A program made the position numbers and the translations under genes. 64,000 nt of DNA, taken from assembly GCF_009914755.1 (NCBI RefSeq), contig NC_060925.1. One strand, given 5' to 3'. Origin of the DNA: the human T2T-CHM13v2.0 reference genome, Homo sapiens. Below, piece after piece: positions 1 through 17,972 of the stretch; the stretch's first letter is position 1; the number at the start of each line of letters is the position of its first letter. The notes beneath the pieces were generated by a model. It searched no databases. It was not told the origin of the DNA and saw only the letters and a list, made by a program, of their open reading frames with translations.

Positions 1-970
1 CGCTGAGGGTCCCCTCCCAGCTGGAGCTGAGATTCTTGAGATTCTAAACAACCGCCTCCCTACACTGAGTCAGAAGGAAAGCCTGCTGGGCCTCTAAACC
101 AAACGCCCCCGGGCCTCTCATCTAGCCTTCCTGGCCCGGGCACACGGGACAGCACTACCCCAGGCTTTGCAGTGCCTGGCTGGCCTCCCTTCAAGGGTGG
201 TGCCCATCTGCCCAGTTTTCTAGCCCGGGTGGGAGCCTGGGCCTCAGCCAACACCATTCTCTGGGACCTAACTCCACTCCGTGATTTGGGGAAAAAAGCC
301 AAGCAATGGACTCAATTAGGAGCCTCCAAACCATCAAGGCTTCCCCACAGGTTACCATTTAGGCCAGCGCTTCTCAAGCTCAATTTAAGAAAAAAATGTT
401 TAATCTGCTGCTAACTTAATACTTCTGTAAAATTTTAAAAATATATACTATATAATACTAGTGGTTACACAATATTGTGAAAGCACTTACTGCTACTAAA
501 TTGTACGCTCAAAAATGGCTAAAATGGTACATTTATATTATCTATATTTTACTACAATTTGTTTAAATTGAAAAAAACGAAATGAAAAAGGTGAAATTCC
601 AGCCTCAGCTTTGTTTTAATAACATTTGACAAGACCTTGTAAAATTGTTATAAAAGTTTCTAAATGCTTACTTTCAATTTCTGTACTTATCTCGCTGCAG
701 ACCAGTAAAAGTTTGTATGCTGGCAGCAATCCCCGAGCTATACTTTGATAGCACTGATCTGAGCTGCTAAGAGGGACTCTGGCTTTACAGGGCCTCTCAG
801 GAGACCTTCTAAGAGCACAAGGTTCCTGTACCACGACTCCCTCCAGCAGGCATTTCTGGACACCAGGCTGGTCAACCCCAAGCAGCTCAGGGCAGGCACA
901 CTGCTCTGATGTATGGCTGACACCTACTTATGCCCCAGCTGTCCCCAAGGGCCTTGTTGATGTACAGTGG

Positions 971-1355
<385 letters not shown>

Positions 1356-1827
1356 TAGCCTGGATTGGGGAGGTAAAAAGTAGAGAGGTGACTTCTTTGC
1401 TTCTATTCCCTAAACCAAACTTGACCCAAGCATTATCTCCTACAGGAATTCATCCTGGGCCTGCATCCTGAGGAGCCCCTATCTGTGTCCCACAGCAGAG
1501 GAGAGCACAGGTCTCCCTGTATTTGTATTGAATGGGTAACATGGTAAATTAGGAAGTGGTGCCTGTTCCTGGGAAGATGAGGGAATGTACTGTGTGCCTT
1601 GGTTGTAGGGTATGACTGGATTTCAGGCCCCACATCTCCTCAGTGGGATCTCCTGTGCAGGGTACAGTCTGCACACTGTGAGCAGGGGCTGTGATGGGTG
1701 CAGCTGCAGGCCCATCTCCACCAGGCTGTTGGGGACTGGAGAGATGGCAATGGTGTTTAGATGTTGCATCCTGAGGGGTCTCTGCCTAGGTGAGCAACAG
1801 AAACGCTGGCTTAAAAAAAAAAATCTA

Positions 1828-2119
1828 GGCCAGACACGATGGCCCATGCCTGTAATCGCAGCACTCTGGGAAGTTGAGGCTGGTGGATTGCTTGAGCTCA
1901 GGAGTTCGAGACCGGCCTGGGCAACATGGTGAAATCTTGTCTCTACAAAAAATACGAAAATTAGCCGGCCATTGTGGCATGCACCTATAGTCCAAGCTAC
2001 TCTGGAAATTGAGGTTGGAGGATTGCTTGAGCCAAGGATGTTGAGGCTGCAGTGAGCTGTGTTTGCACCACTGCACTCCGGCCTGGGTGACAAAGAGAGA
2101 GACCCTGTCTGAAAAAAAT
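1828..2119 (+). mobile_element. AluJ
   Basis: Diverged dimeric Alu; followed by an antisense monomer at about 2140-2300. Confidence 0.85.
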
Positions 2120-2437
2120 TCTAGACACTGGGGCTCCAATTTTATTTTTTTATTTACTTTCATTTTTTAATTATTTAGAGACAGAATCTTGCTATGTCTC
2201 TAAATAAATAAGGCTGGTCTCTAACTCCTGGCCTCAAGTGATCCTCCCTCCTCGGCCTCCCAAAGTGCTGGGATTACAGGTGTGTACCACCACACCCAGC
2301 AACAGGCTGGCTCCAATTTTAGAAATTCTACCTCCAAAGGTCTGAGGGTCCTGAGTCTCATATTTTGAAAAAGTACCATGTGATCCTGATACCCAGCTGG
2401 TGTCTGGCCCATAGAGGTGCCAGCAAGTGTTTGGTGA

Positions 2438-2815
<378 letters not shown>

Positions 2816-4461
2816 TATTACACGTCCTTTTATACTGACTGGACTTTTGATCTAAAAAACAGTTTGGCTGACTTGGAGTGATGGAGTTACTAGTCTCTGT
2901 GTCAGGGACTGCAAATGCTGGGCCTCCAGCAGGGGCAGGGCGGATCCAGCGAAAGACAGAAGTGGGTGGGCCCAAGGGGATGGAGAGCTGCAGAACACAA
3001 GTCCCGCCTCAAGGGGGCAGCAACTGCCCAGAGTCCGCTGACGGCCGCTGGGTGGGACTGCAAGCCCAGGGTTGCCAGATCTGTCAGCTTTTTTCAAGAT
3101 AAGCTTGAAATCAGATTTTCACATGGAATTGTCAGCTAATTCAACAATTTAAAACACAGCATGGGCTGAATGCAACATGCCTATGGTTCAACATTGGCTG
3201 CAGGCCACCAGTTTGTGCGTTCGGATCCAGGAGGATTCCATTAAGGATTGTGCACCTCAGAGCCATCTGCAAAGCTGGTGCAGACCCTTCATTTGCTTCT
3301 AGAAAATCGGGTTTACTCCACATGGGGTCCGCAAAGGATGAGGACAAAGCCAGTGCCCTGAGGTAGACCGTGGGAGTCACCCACCCACTCATCATTATTT
3401 AATCCAGCACATTAACCTCCCACCACGAGCCAGGAGATCCAGTGGTGAATGTGACAGGAGGAGTCCCTGTTTTCAGGGACCCTGTGTTCTAGCTGGGGAG
3501 ACACTTGAATTAATGAGTAACACTTGTGATACATGAGGAGTTGCAGTACAGCATGGGGGTTAAAAGTCTGGGTTTGAGTCCTGACTCTACTGCTTGCTAG
3601 TTGTCATTTTAGGTAAATCCCCTAATCTAGGTCCAGTTGCCTTACTTCTCGCCTATGGAATGGCCATGATAACCTCATAGGGCTGTTCTGGGGATTCACT
3701 GAGACAATGCAAATAATTATTAGTTGCTGCTATTAAATAGAGAGCTGTGAGAGCAGGGAAGAGGGGAGGCTAGGCTTAGCATGGGGACTTCCCCATCCCA
3801 GTGAATACTGGGGCTTTCTGCCAGTGAGGGGAGCAGGAGGCCACAGGGATTGGAAGCTCCAGGCCCAGGAGAGGCTCAGTCCTTTTCTGCTGAGATGGCT
3901 GCTATGAGGTAGCTGGCTCATTTCCTGTCTGTTTTTTCTTCCTATGGATCCAATTTCAGCAGCCTACTTGTCTCAGTAGGATATGGTGCCCAAGGACTGG
4001 GCAGGTACTGCTCTGCTCTTGGCCACGATGGAAGCAGGCCAGGCCTTTCTAACTATGAACCAGAGCCCTTCCATGAAGCTGCTGCATTTTGGAGCTCATC
4101 AAACCCTACAACTAAGTTTTAAAAATCTAAGTGCATGTACGAAACAAGTCAGAAACCCTTTCCTACGCCCTTAAGTACAGAATACCAGCTTCTGCTGGCA
4201 GAGGCCTCAGCCACAGGGACATTTTGGACCTTCGTTTCACCTGGGCAAAAAGGGAGGAGGCAAGTGTCAAGAGACTTGGCTCACCAGCAATGTGTCTGGG
4301 TCCTTGGAGTTCAGCTCTGTGTCTATGACATGGTCTCTGATCTCAGGTGGTCTGCAATCCAACCCTGTAGAGAATCAGTCTTGGATTTGGAAGGGAACTT
4401 CTAGGGCATCTAAGTCCAACCTCCATCCAAAGGGGGAAGCTTTTCTATAAGAAACTTGGCC

Positions 4462-4891
<430 letters not shown>

Positions 4892-7544
4892 TCACTGAAA
4901 ATCAGAATTCTCCACTGGGAGAATGATACAGAGTAGACAGGAGCACCTTTATAAAGGTGCTGGGGGTGGGGGATGAGACCTCACTCCAAGGCATGCAAGG
5001 ATAAGAGGCCCTGCCTTTTTAAGGAGGTGGGAACGGCTGAATAGTAGGGCTTTCATTTGCTGAGACTTGTGAGCAGGTCTGAGGCAGAGGGGAATTGTTC
5101 CGGGCAACGAGGGGATGCTGAGCTGTCAGAGCAGCCCCCCTTCCTGTGCAGGGCTTAGAGCAGATCTGCCTGGGTAAGCTTCTCCTACTAGCTTAGGACC
5201 TTGGGTACGTTACTCTGCCTGTTCACTTCTCTATGGTGGAGAAAATGAACACGATGCCTGGACGTTAAGTGCTCAGTAAATAGTAGCACTGCCATTTTCC
5301 CAAGTGGAGTGATTTCTTTCTCCTCCAGCTTCCCAAGTTTAGAGCACATGTCCCAGTTCCTCAGTGCAGTGTCAGTCACATGGATTGCTCCAGAGCCCAG
5401 CAGGCCCTCCCACCTCATCCCTGTGCTGCCCCAACAGCCACCATGGCCACCGTAGCCTGAACGGCAGCCACTCTCCAGTCAACTCACCCTGCCTCCACTT
5501 TCTCTTCCTTAAAATGGTTTTGTTACTGACCACTGCAGCCCCCCACATTCAAAAGCCTTCAAAGAGCCTCCACTGCTTAGAATAAAAAAATGGGGAGGGG
5601 GCCTGCCTGGAGGGCCTGCCAAAGGCCATTAACTATGGCAGGTTCTCTGTGCACGTGGCAATCACAGGCTTACTAAGTGTTTAACAATTAAGTGCTTTAT
5701 TGGGGTTTGGCTTGGAAGGTTCATCTGACTTCCAAAAGGACAAGCTCATGTCCTTTCTCCTCTCAAAGCTTCCCAGACCACAAAGCCCTCTGTGGTCACT
5801 CCTTTCACCAAAGCACTAAAGCACCCTGGTGAGTACAAGTATGTGGTCGAGAGCCTCACCCTCAGGTAAGTAAGCATTCTACAGCTCTCCTTCCCCTCAC
5901 ATGGGCACGTGATATGCTGGTCCCACCCCATCTTTTCTCCATCCCTAGCGCAAAGGCCAGTGTGGAGCACAATCTAGGTGCTTGTCAAATGTTAATTTAA
6001 GGGCCTCCTTCACGTCCTTCAAACCTCTCTCCACTGAGCCCAGTCAACCATAAGGCCCAAGTACAAAATCCTCAGGAAGGGACAAGCCTCATTTTCCATT
6101 CAAGACAAAAGGAATGGAGTCTGCTCCTTGGTGACAGCCCCAACTGCTTGTCAAACCACTCTGGCCTTATTAGGCCAATCTATTGGAAGTACTGCTGGGA
6201 GAGGCTGGCCCCACTGGGACAGACGCAGACTCCCGTGATGGCAGAGAATGCCGGGCCCGGGAATGCATACCCAGAGACACTTCCCCAGAAGCTCGTAGGT
6301 GCCACCGCTCCTCCTCTTCACTCCAAGCCAGATGCAAAGAATGGGGGAGTGAAAGTTACTTAACTGATCTCCCCCAACCATCTCATTTTATCCAGGAGAA
6401 AATGGGGGCCCAGGACTAAGTGCTTCTCCAAAGGTCAAGGTGAAATAGAAAAGCCAGAGCTTCTATTTCTGTGGTAAGATGCATCCCCTTCAGTTTCCTG
6501 TGACTTAAGCCTGTCACAAGGCAGGGGCTCAGGATCGCCCTCTGATAGGAAGTCAGGGCCACCATGGGATGGGTGGTAACTGATGAGGCATCCTTTCAGG
6601 CCTGTTGATCCTTCCCTTGCTTTCTCCTGAGGCCAGTTTCCCTCCCTAAATGTCTTAGATGAACAAAAGCTCACTGCCACTTGTAGGACACCTCGTATCA
6701 TTATGCCAAGTTTCTACCCTCAGGCCCTCTTTATATTCCCATCTATTCAGAACTGGTATTTTAAAGATCCCAGAGCACCTGCTATGTGCCAGAGACAGGA
6801 GCCAAGATGAACTGTGCTGCACCACTGCACACAAGCCTCATCCTGTCCTCTTGGTTTAGATATTGCTCAGAACCTATTGTTGTATTCAACTATACTTGCA
6901 CTTGCTCCTATTTGCCCTACATGGGCGTAACTCCTTAAACCAAGCTTTGTTCAGAATTCCTCTGATTGATCATTTAAGTAAATTTAAAAGTCAATTTAAG
7001 GAATATAAAAACTGCATAATTTCCAACTCAAGAGTATAAACTTAGATCACTCATTAGCCTCTGGTTGAAAACAGTAATCGTGATTTATACGGAATGCTAA
7101 ATATCTATGTTCTAAGTGTGCTCTCTTGCCACAAACCCATTTAATCCTAACAATCTTAGGAGGTAAGTTGAGGTAGGCTGTTATTGTTCTCATGAATAAG
7201 TTTGGTAAAACCCCAATCTCAAGATACAGCCCAAGCAGCAGAGGCACATGCGTTAGCAACACATGGACCCCACCGCAGTATTAGCAATCATCTTTTGCTA
7301 TAAGTGCTTGGCTTCCAAGAGCTTTTATACAGATGTCTGAGAGGCACAAAATATGTATAATTAGGCTATTTCTCAAATAGCACAGGAAAGCTGCCAAAGG
7401 CGTTCCCTGAATTGAGAGGCAAAGCACTGACAATGGGGACTATTACAGCCTCTGGATACAAGATGACGTATCTGCCAACCTTAACCACCCGAGTCAAATG
7501 CTACTTTAGAAATAATTAAGGTTCCCTTTAGTCATTTCACAGGA

Positions 7545-8445
7545 GTTGCTACAGCAGTACATAAAGTTTTATTAATATTCTGATTCTCGTGTCATAGCTT
7601 TTATGGCAGGAAAGGATGAGGACATGCCCCACCTGTAACGTAGAGCAAGCAAACCACCAAGTAGAATCTTGAGATTCTCTCTCAACTGTTCTCTAGAAAC
7701 ACGCTTGTGCTTTTAATCTGCCTTTTAAAAGGGACACAGAACAAAAAATGGTTGTTTGCAAATAAACATCTGAAAGAAAGTAACAGCTGACCTGGGCTGA
7801 GGCATCCAAACAAAGCAGTCATTGTGGAAGGAGACAATGCAAACCACACTGGGGCAAGAAACGGGGCAGAGAACGTGCGGTCATTTGTGCGTTGGGTATT
7901 TCTACCAGCCCCAAAGGCCCCATCTGGAACAAGTATCAACCAGGAGGGGCTCTATGGCTTGATTTATTAACCTAACTCAAAAGAAGTCACTGCCACCAAC
8001 AGCACTGTGCAGTTTTATTAACCATTCAAGTCCAGTAGCATCTGGTAAGATTGGGACAGAATTGGGATTGAAAAGTGAACAGATATTCAGCATCTAACAG
8101 TTCAAAAGAAGCCACTACATACTCTTTTCACAAATATGTTTTCACAGAGCCAATACAGTACTAGCCATTAACCCAGTACACCAAGTGTACTGAAGTAGAA
8201 AAGATGCAACAAGAAAAATAGCTACATTAGAAAGACCAACACTTTAGAAAAAGAGTAAAACACTTTCAGTTTCTCCCCTTTAGCCCCTAAAACAACATCT
8301 TACAGTCTGGATCTGGATCTACCTATACAGTCCTACATTAGCTTCTAAAATATTTGTCAGGAGGGAAAAAATAAAATGACACTGGCCAGTACAGTCTTTG
8401 GATATTTAGGAAGGGGATGGGGAGAAAGTCAGTTCTCAGAACAAA
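7545..8445 (-). terminator. STMN1: STMN1 3'UTR with three AATAAA polyadenylation signals (8019-8014, 7968-7963, 7573-7568)
   Basis: TTTATT on + strand at those positions downstream of the stop codon; distal end approximate. Confidence 0.8.
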
Positions 8446-12106
<3,661 letters not shown>

Positions 12107-13791
12107 GGTGAATAGAAGACAAGCGACAGGCAGTGTATTCTGCACAATCAACTGGGATAAGGAAAGTCCTGAAAATGATTTTCAAAAACATGCAATCACT
12201 TTCTTTGCCTTTCTATATGTCATCAACCCAAAAAAATCTCACATCACATCTACATACATCGTCAGAAAAATACGTGGAATAAAGACGTCTAAATTAACCA
12301 CGAAAAAAATTATCAAAATCTACTAAATAAACATTGGGAAATATGACCTGAATATGATATTGGTTCCAGAAAATCAAGTTAACTGAGCTTTCTCGGTCAT
12401 AAAACTCTTGGATTTTTAAAATCAGACAAAGTCACAAGGGTGAAGAATTTTTCCCCCATAAACTCTTTAACATTTCACCGAAACTGTAAGAAGATATTCC
12501 AGATTCAACTCAACAGTGCCCCCGGAGCCATCTTAATACTGCCTACAACTCATTGTGCAAATGAAATACCCACCCCTGCTTTGTCTGTGTCTGACGTGGT
12601 GGATAAGAAAACGCCCAAGCTAATAGTAACCAATAATGTTGAACTCCTATTGTCCCTCAGGTTTAAGCTTCCTTGCCCAACAGCAAGCAAAATGTTTATG
12701 AACCTCTAGATTTTGACTTATATTTGCTGCCGTTATGTCATGAAAAATGCTGTATCTCTTGTTGATCTTTTTAACATTATGACTTTTGTAGACGCCAGCT
12801 AGTACCAAAAACGTAGGATGACAGGTTCCCAAAAGCTAGGAATTAAAATCAGAGGCAGCGACAAGATTTAAGAAAAGCAGAGAATTAGACGCAGCACCGG
12901 ACCCAGGATGGGCGTGGCCCTGGTCCGGGCGAGGAAAAGAGGACCGGTCGCCCCCGGCCAATCAGAGCACGCCTTGCGCTCCGGCCCCTGGCCCCGCCCC
13001 CTTCCTCCCCGCGCCTTTTCGAATCTCCCCGAACTCAACACCCCGGAGCCCGCGCGCGTGGGAAGGGGAGGGGTGGGCGGGGCTAACGGTCCAATCCGGG
13101 TAACTCCGCCCCTGCCTGACTCCCCCTGCGCGGACGCCCCCCCCAACTCCCGCCAAAAACACCTCCAGGCCGCCGCCACCACCCCCTTCACAGTTCAGCG
13201 GGTGGGGCAGGCCCCGGGAACAGGCCCCCGGGTGGTCCCGCGGTGAGCTCGCCACCGCCTCCCGCCGTCCCCATGCCCAACCTGCCGCCACCCACGCTGT
13301 CCGCGCGTCCGGCCGCGAAGACAGAAGAACCCTCGTGGGGCCCGGGAGCGCCGCCCCTCAATCACCAGCTGCGGTCGCCAGGGGACGGTCGCAGGGAGGG
13401 TCGCGGCCCTGGCTGCCCGCAGTTTGGTCCTAAAGCCGCTGGTCCCTGGGGCACCGCCCCGTCCCTTCAGACAATGGGGAACCCGGCGGGGCCCGCAGGG
13501 AAGGGAGGGAGGGAGGGAGGTAAACGAGGGCCCACGCCCCCTATTGTCTCCTCGACGGCACCCCGGAGCGGACGCCCGGTGATCGCCCAGCCCCCTGCCC
13601 ACGAACAGCCGCGCCCCCGGAGAGCGGGGACAAAGGCGAGGCTCCGCCCGAGCCACACACAAAGCGGAGCGACCCCCGCCCACCAACCCCTCCGAGGCCC
13701 GCAGCCCCGCCCGCCGCCCTGCAGCAGGGGGTCGCTGCCACGGCCCAGCCCCTCCCGCCGACCGCGTCCCTCTTGCTGGCCTCAGCCAGCC

Positions 13792-13884
13792 GCCGCCTCC
13801 TCCGAGCCCCGCACCCACCTGCTCAGTCCGAGCCGCCTGACCACACTCTGAGCACCAACAGACCCGGGCGCGCACAAAAGCGCC
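13792..13884 (-). ncRNA. MIR3917: microRNA 3917 precursor (annotated mature sequence about 13833-13814)
   Basis: Minus strand reads GGCGCTTTTGTGCGCGCCCGGGTCTGTTGGTGCTCAGAGTGTGGTCAGGCGGCTCGGACTGAGCAGGTGGGTGCGGGGCTCGGAGGAGGCGGC, matching my recollection of hsa-mir-3917; whether it is a bona fide miRNA cannot be judged from sequence. Confidence 0.8.
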
Positions 13885-13885
13885 A
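13819..13885 (-). other. STMN1: STMN1 non-coding exon 1 (TSS approximate)
   Basis: Donor CAG|GTGGGT at 13818; joining ...GGACTGAGCAG to GACTTTCCTTATCC of exon 2 reproduces the STMN1 mRNA 5' end as I remember it. Confidence 0.8.
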
Positions 13886-16006
13886 AACAGAGGCACGTGA
13901 CCTCCGCGCGGGGCTCCGCATTGGCCGAGAGCGGCGGCACGTGCCGCCCCCGCCCCCCACAACCCGCGTGGAGCGCCGCCCCCCGGGACCCCGAAGCACC
14001 TCGGGAAGTGTAGTCCTGTCCCGGAGGGCAGGAGGACAATGCCGGGGGTTGCAGGGCGCCTGGGGAGCATCCCCAGGTGTGGGCCTGGGACTAGGGGGGT
14101 GGTCTCGCCGTGGAAGAGGGCGTGGCAGTGGACCCCGGACTAGGTCCGAACCAGCTCCCCATTCTCGAGAACAAGGGCAGGGCGGAGCAGGCGGAGGGCG
14201 GGGGGGTCCTTCCCTACCTTTCCAAACTTTGGCCGCCTGGACTCCACCTTGTAGAGCCACATGCCCGCCTCGCCCCAAGGGCAGCACTCGGACAGAGCAG
14301 TGCCCCTTCTAGTGCGCCACCCACATGGGTGCCTAAGACGCCCGAGCCCCTGTGACAGCACAATGCCACTCCACGCCCCTGCAGGGCCCCCTGCCCCCGG
14401 CACCCTACACCGACACCGGCGTGTCACCCATATTGTGACATCATCGTAATTTCTAATCCACTCAGCCCACAGGTCGCGGGCGTGGCCCTTCCCTCACTGT
14501 GTGCGTTCTTGCCAGCATCCTCAGGTTCCCGAGCCGGTGACCAGGGACCTGTGCGGGAAAGCGTGGGGCTCTGGAATTTGATCGCCTTTGGTCTAACAAA
14601 GCCACTCAGCTTAAATGCAGACTCCATCTGTTCTTCCAAGCCTTCTGCGGATGATAGGGGAGGAAGAGCAATAGCCGTTCTAGACTACACAGATTGCAGT
14701 TAAGTGTTGCTTTTGTTCTCAGAGCACGTGCTCCCCAGAGCAGCACTGGGTTCTTTTTAAAAATCGAAAAAGGAGCCACAAGGTCACTGTTCTCCCTGAC
14801 CTGGATAGCTCAGAACCTCAGCAAAGGCACAAAGGAAATTGGTCTGACCGTGCCTTAGAATAACTGGCCCTTTCTCTCACAAAAAGGGGAAAAAAATAAA
14901 TGAAATGAACATGGTCCCCGCCTCCTCCCATTCTCTGACCAAGACCGTGTCCTCGGTTGGTGGTCAATACACCAAGACACCTGCTTTGAGATCTTGACTA
15001 AGCAGAAGAGATATCTTTATTTTATTAATGAGCTGCATCTCCCCAAATCAAGAAACAAATGTGACCAACCTTCCTGAAACAACAGTCCTAATTTAGAAAG
15101 ACTCTCATGCCTAGTTAGTCACCAGGGATGTGCCAGAGATAAAATACAACTAAGGGGTGCCCAAGACAATAAAAACTGGATCATACAAGCAGCAGCACAC
15201 TACACAAAGCAAACAATTAGCAATGCGCTGTTGCCTGAAATATGCTTGTTGCGGCATTTTTTCCAACAATCGCCCTTGTGTGGGGTCGGCCTCCCCCCCA
15301 AGCCAATCGAAGTGGTTTTCACTTAGCCTGTGAGCAGGACCAGGAATAATTCAGATACTGAGCCTTGAAAGGCTTCTTCTCAGACCAAACTTAGCTTCAA
15401 AATGGCTAGGTGCTTCCGTCTGTCATTTTTCTGAACAGAATCTCAGACATCATTAGAAAAGTTGGAGAAGGATGGGCATGAGACCCCTCAGGAAAGCGAC
15501 AGATAGGCAGGCAACACAAATGAGCAAGGAACCCAAGCCCAAGAGGTCCTTACCCACTGAACAGGCTTTTTATCTTGAAGTCTTTGTATTTGATCTGGAG
15601 GTTCACAGAGGAAGGTCCCACTCATTTAATGCATTTTTTTAAGTACAATAAATTGCCACACAAAAGTCTCACATTCCTGACTATTAATGTTGTGACAGAA
15701 AAAAGAAATAAATCTTTCAAAACACTGATAATTTGAAAGCACTTACACTGCTTCCCCCCACATTTTCTTTCTCCCTAGAGCAGATGTCTATTTCCATGGA
15801 AACCATAGCAAGGAACGTAGATGTTAGAACTCATGTTCATTTTTAATCTTTTTTAGCAATGCCACTTGGCTTCTGGGTTTGTTGGGAGATGCCTGGTTCT
15901 GCCAGTCTGTGACAATGTTCCAAGCTCCTCACAGCTGCTTGAGGACTGAGAGGGCTGGGTTAAAGTTTCCCCTAGAATGAGCCTTTGAATAAAAAGGTGC
16001 TTTTGA

Positions 16007-16414
<408 letters not shown>

Positions 16415-17074
16415 TGAAGTGGCAGCAAGGAGTTAATGTTCACATCTTGGAACTGTCTATCTTTGCCCATAAGAATTATTTTTGCTTCTGCTCAGATGGT
16501 TTGGTTGGATTGTTATGGAGCTGGCTGTGACTATGGAGCCACACAACGAAGTGGAGATAGGGCAGTCATCCAGCTTATTTGATCTGTGTAGACAGCTAAA
16601 GGAGAGCACTTCAGGCTTCAAAGTCTAGAAGGAATGTCTACACTGATCAAACGGCGGGCCAGGCCGTTGTCAGATCTCCTCTCCTGCCAGAGAGCCCGGC
16701 AGCCTTTGTTCATTGTTGGGCTTGAGGCTGCAGGGTTTGTCTCCCACATGGCGCCTCCAAGTTCCACAGCTGCTTTCGAGGCCTGTCCTCGGCCAAAGGG
16801 TGTCGTGGGAGAGGTTTGCTTGTTGTCCCCGGTCTCTCTGTTCCCTTTGTCTCCTAATCCTCAAGCACTATGCTCTAACACTCCCTTCTCTATTCAAAAC
16901 CTGTCTATGAGTCTGCTGTTTTACACATCGATCTCCCTCACTAGACCATTAGGTCCTAGAGGGCAGGGTGCTGTCTTTGTCTTGGTATCCCTAGTGCAGT
17001 GCCCATCCTCAGGCCTGGCCCAGGATGATGGCGCCTGAATGTTTGCAGAGAACTTTGGGAAAGAACAACCTCTT

Positions 17075-17384
<310 letters not shown>

Positions 17385-17518
17385 TCATCCTTCTGTGATC
17401 TTCTGTCTCTTCTGTGATATTAGACACTTGCACTCTGGGAGTGGTGAGGATTAAATGAAATAATGTAAATGAAAACAGCACAATGCCTGGCACATTTAAA
17501 GTGCTGTGCACTTGTTAG

Positions 17519-17871
<353 letters not shown>

Positions 17872-17972
17872 TGAATGAGTGAATGACTATTAGACTTTCA
17901 CCCTTTGATGGAAATTGTAGTTACTGGGTTAACTCTTCCCATGGGGTTAAATTCAATTCATTTAACACTTTA

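Larger units (their letters stand above)
12880..14570. promoter_or_regulatory. CpG island / STMN1 promoter
   Basis: Very GC- and CpG-rich. E2F site TTTGGCGC (minus, 13887-13880), E-boxes CACGTG 13894-13899 and 13938-13943, CCAAT (minus) 13924-13920, ZNF143/THAP11-type ACTACAnnTCCC (minus) 14014-14003, many GC boxes. Confidence 0.92.

Noticed and set aside
13195-14312. Long ORFs (291, 202, 179, 154 aa) across the STMN1 CpG island
   Set aside because: Overlapping G/P/R/A-rich frames on both strands are expected in GC-rich DNA; no recognisable domain.
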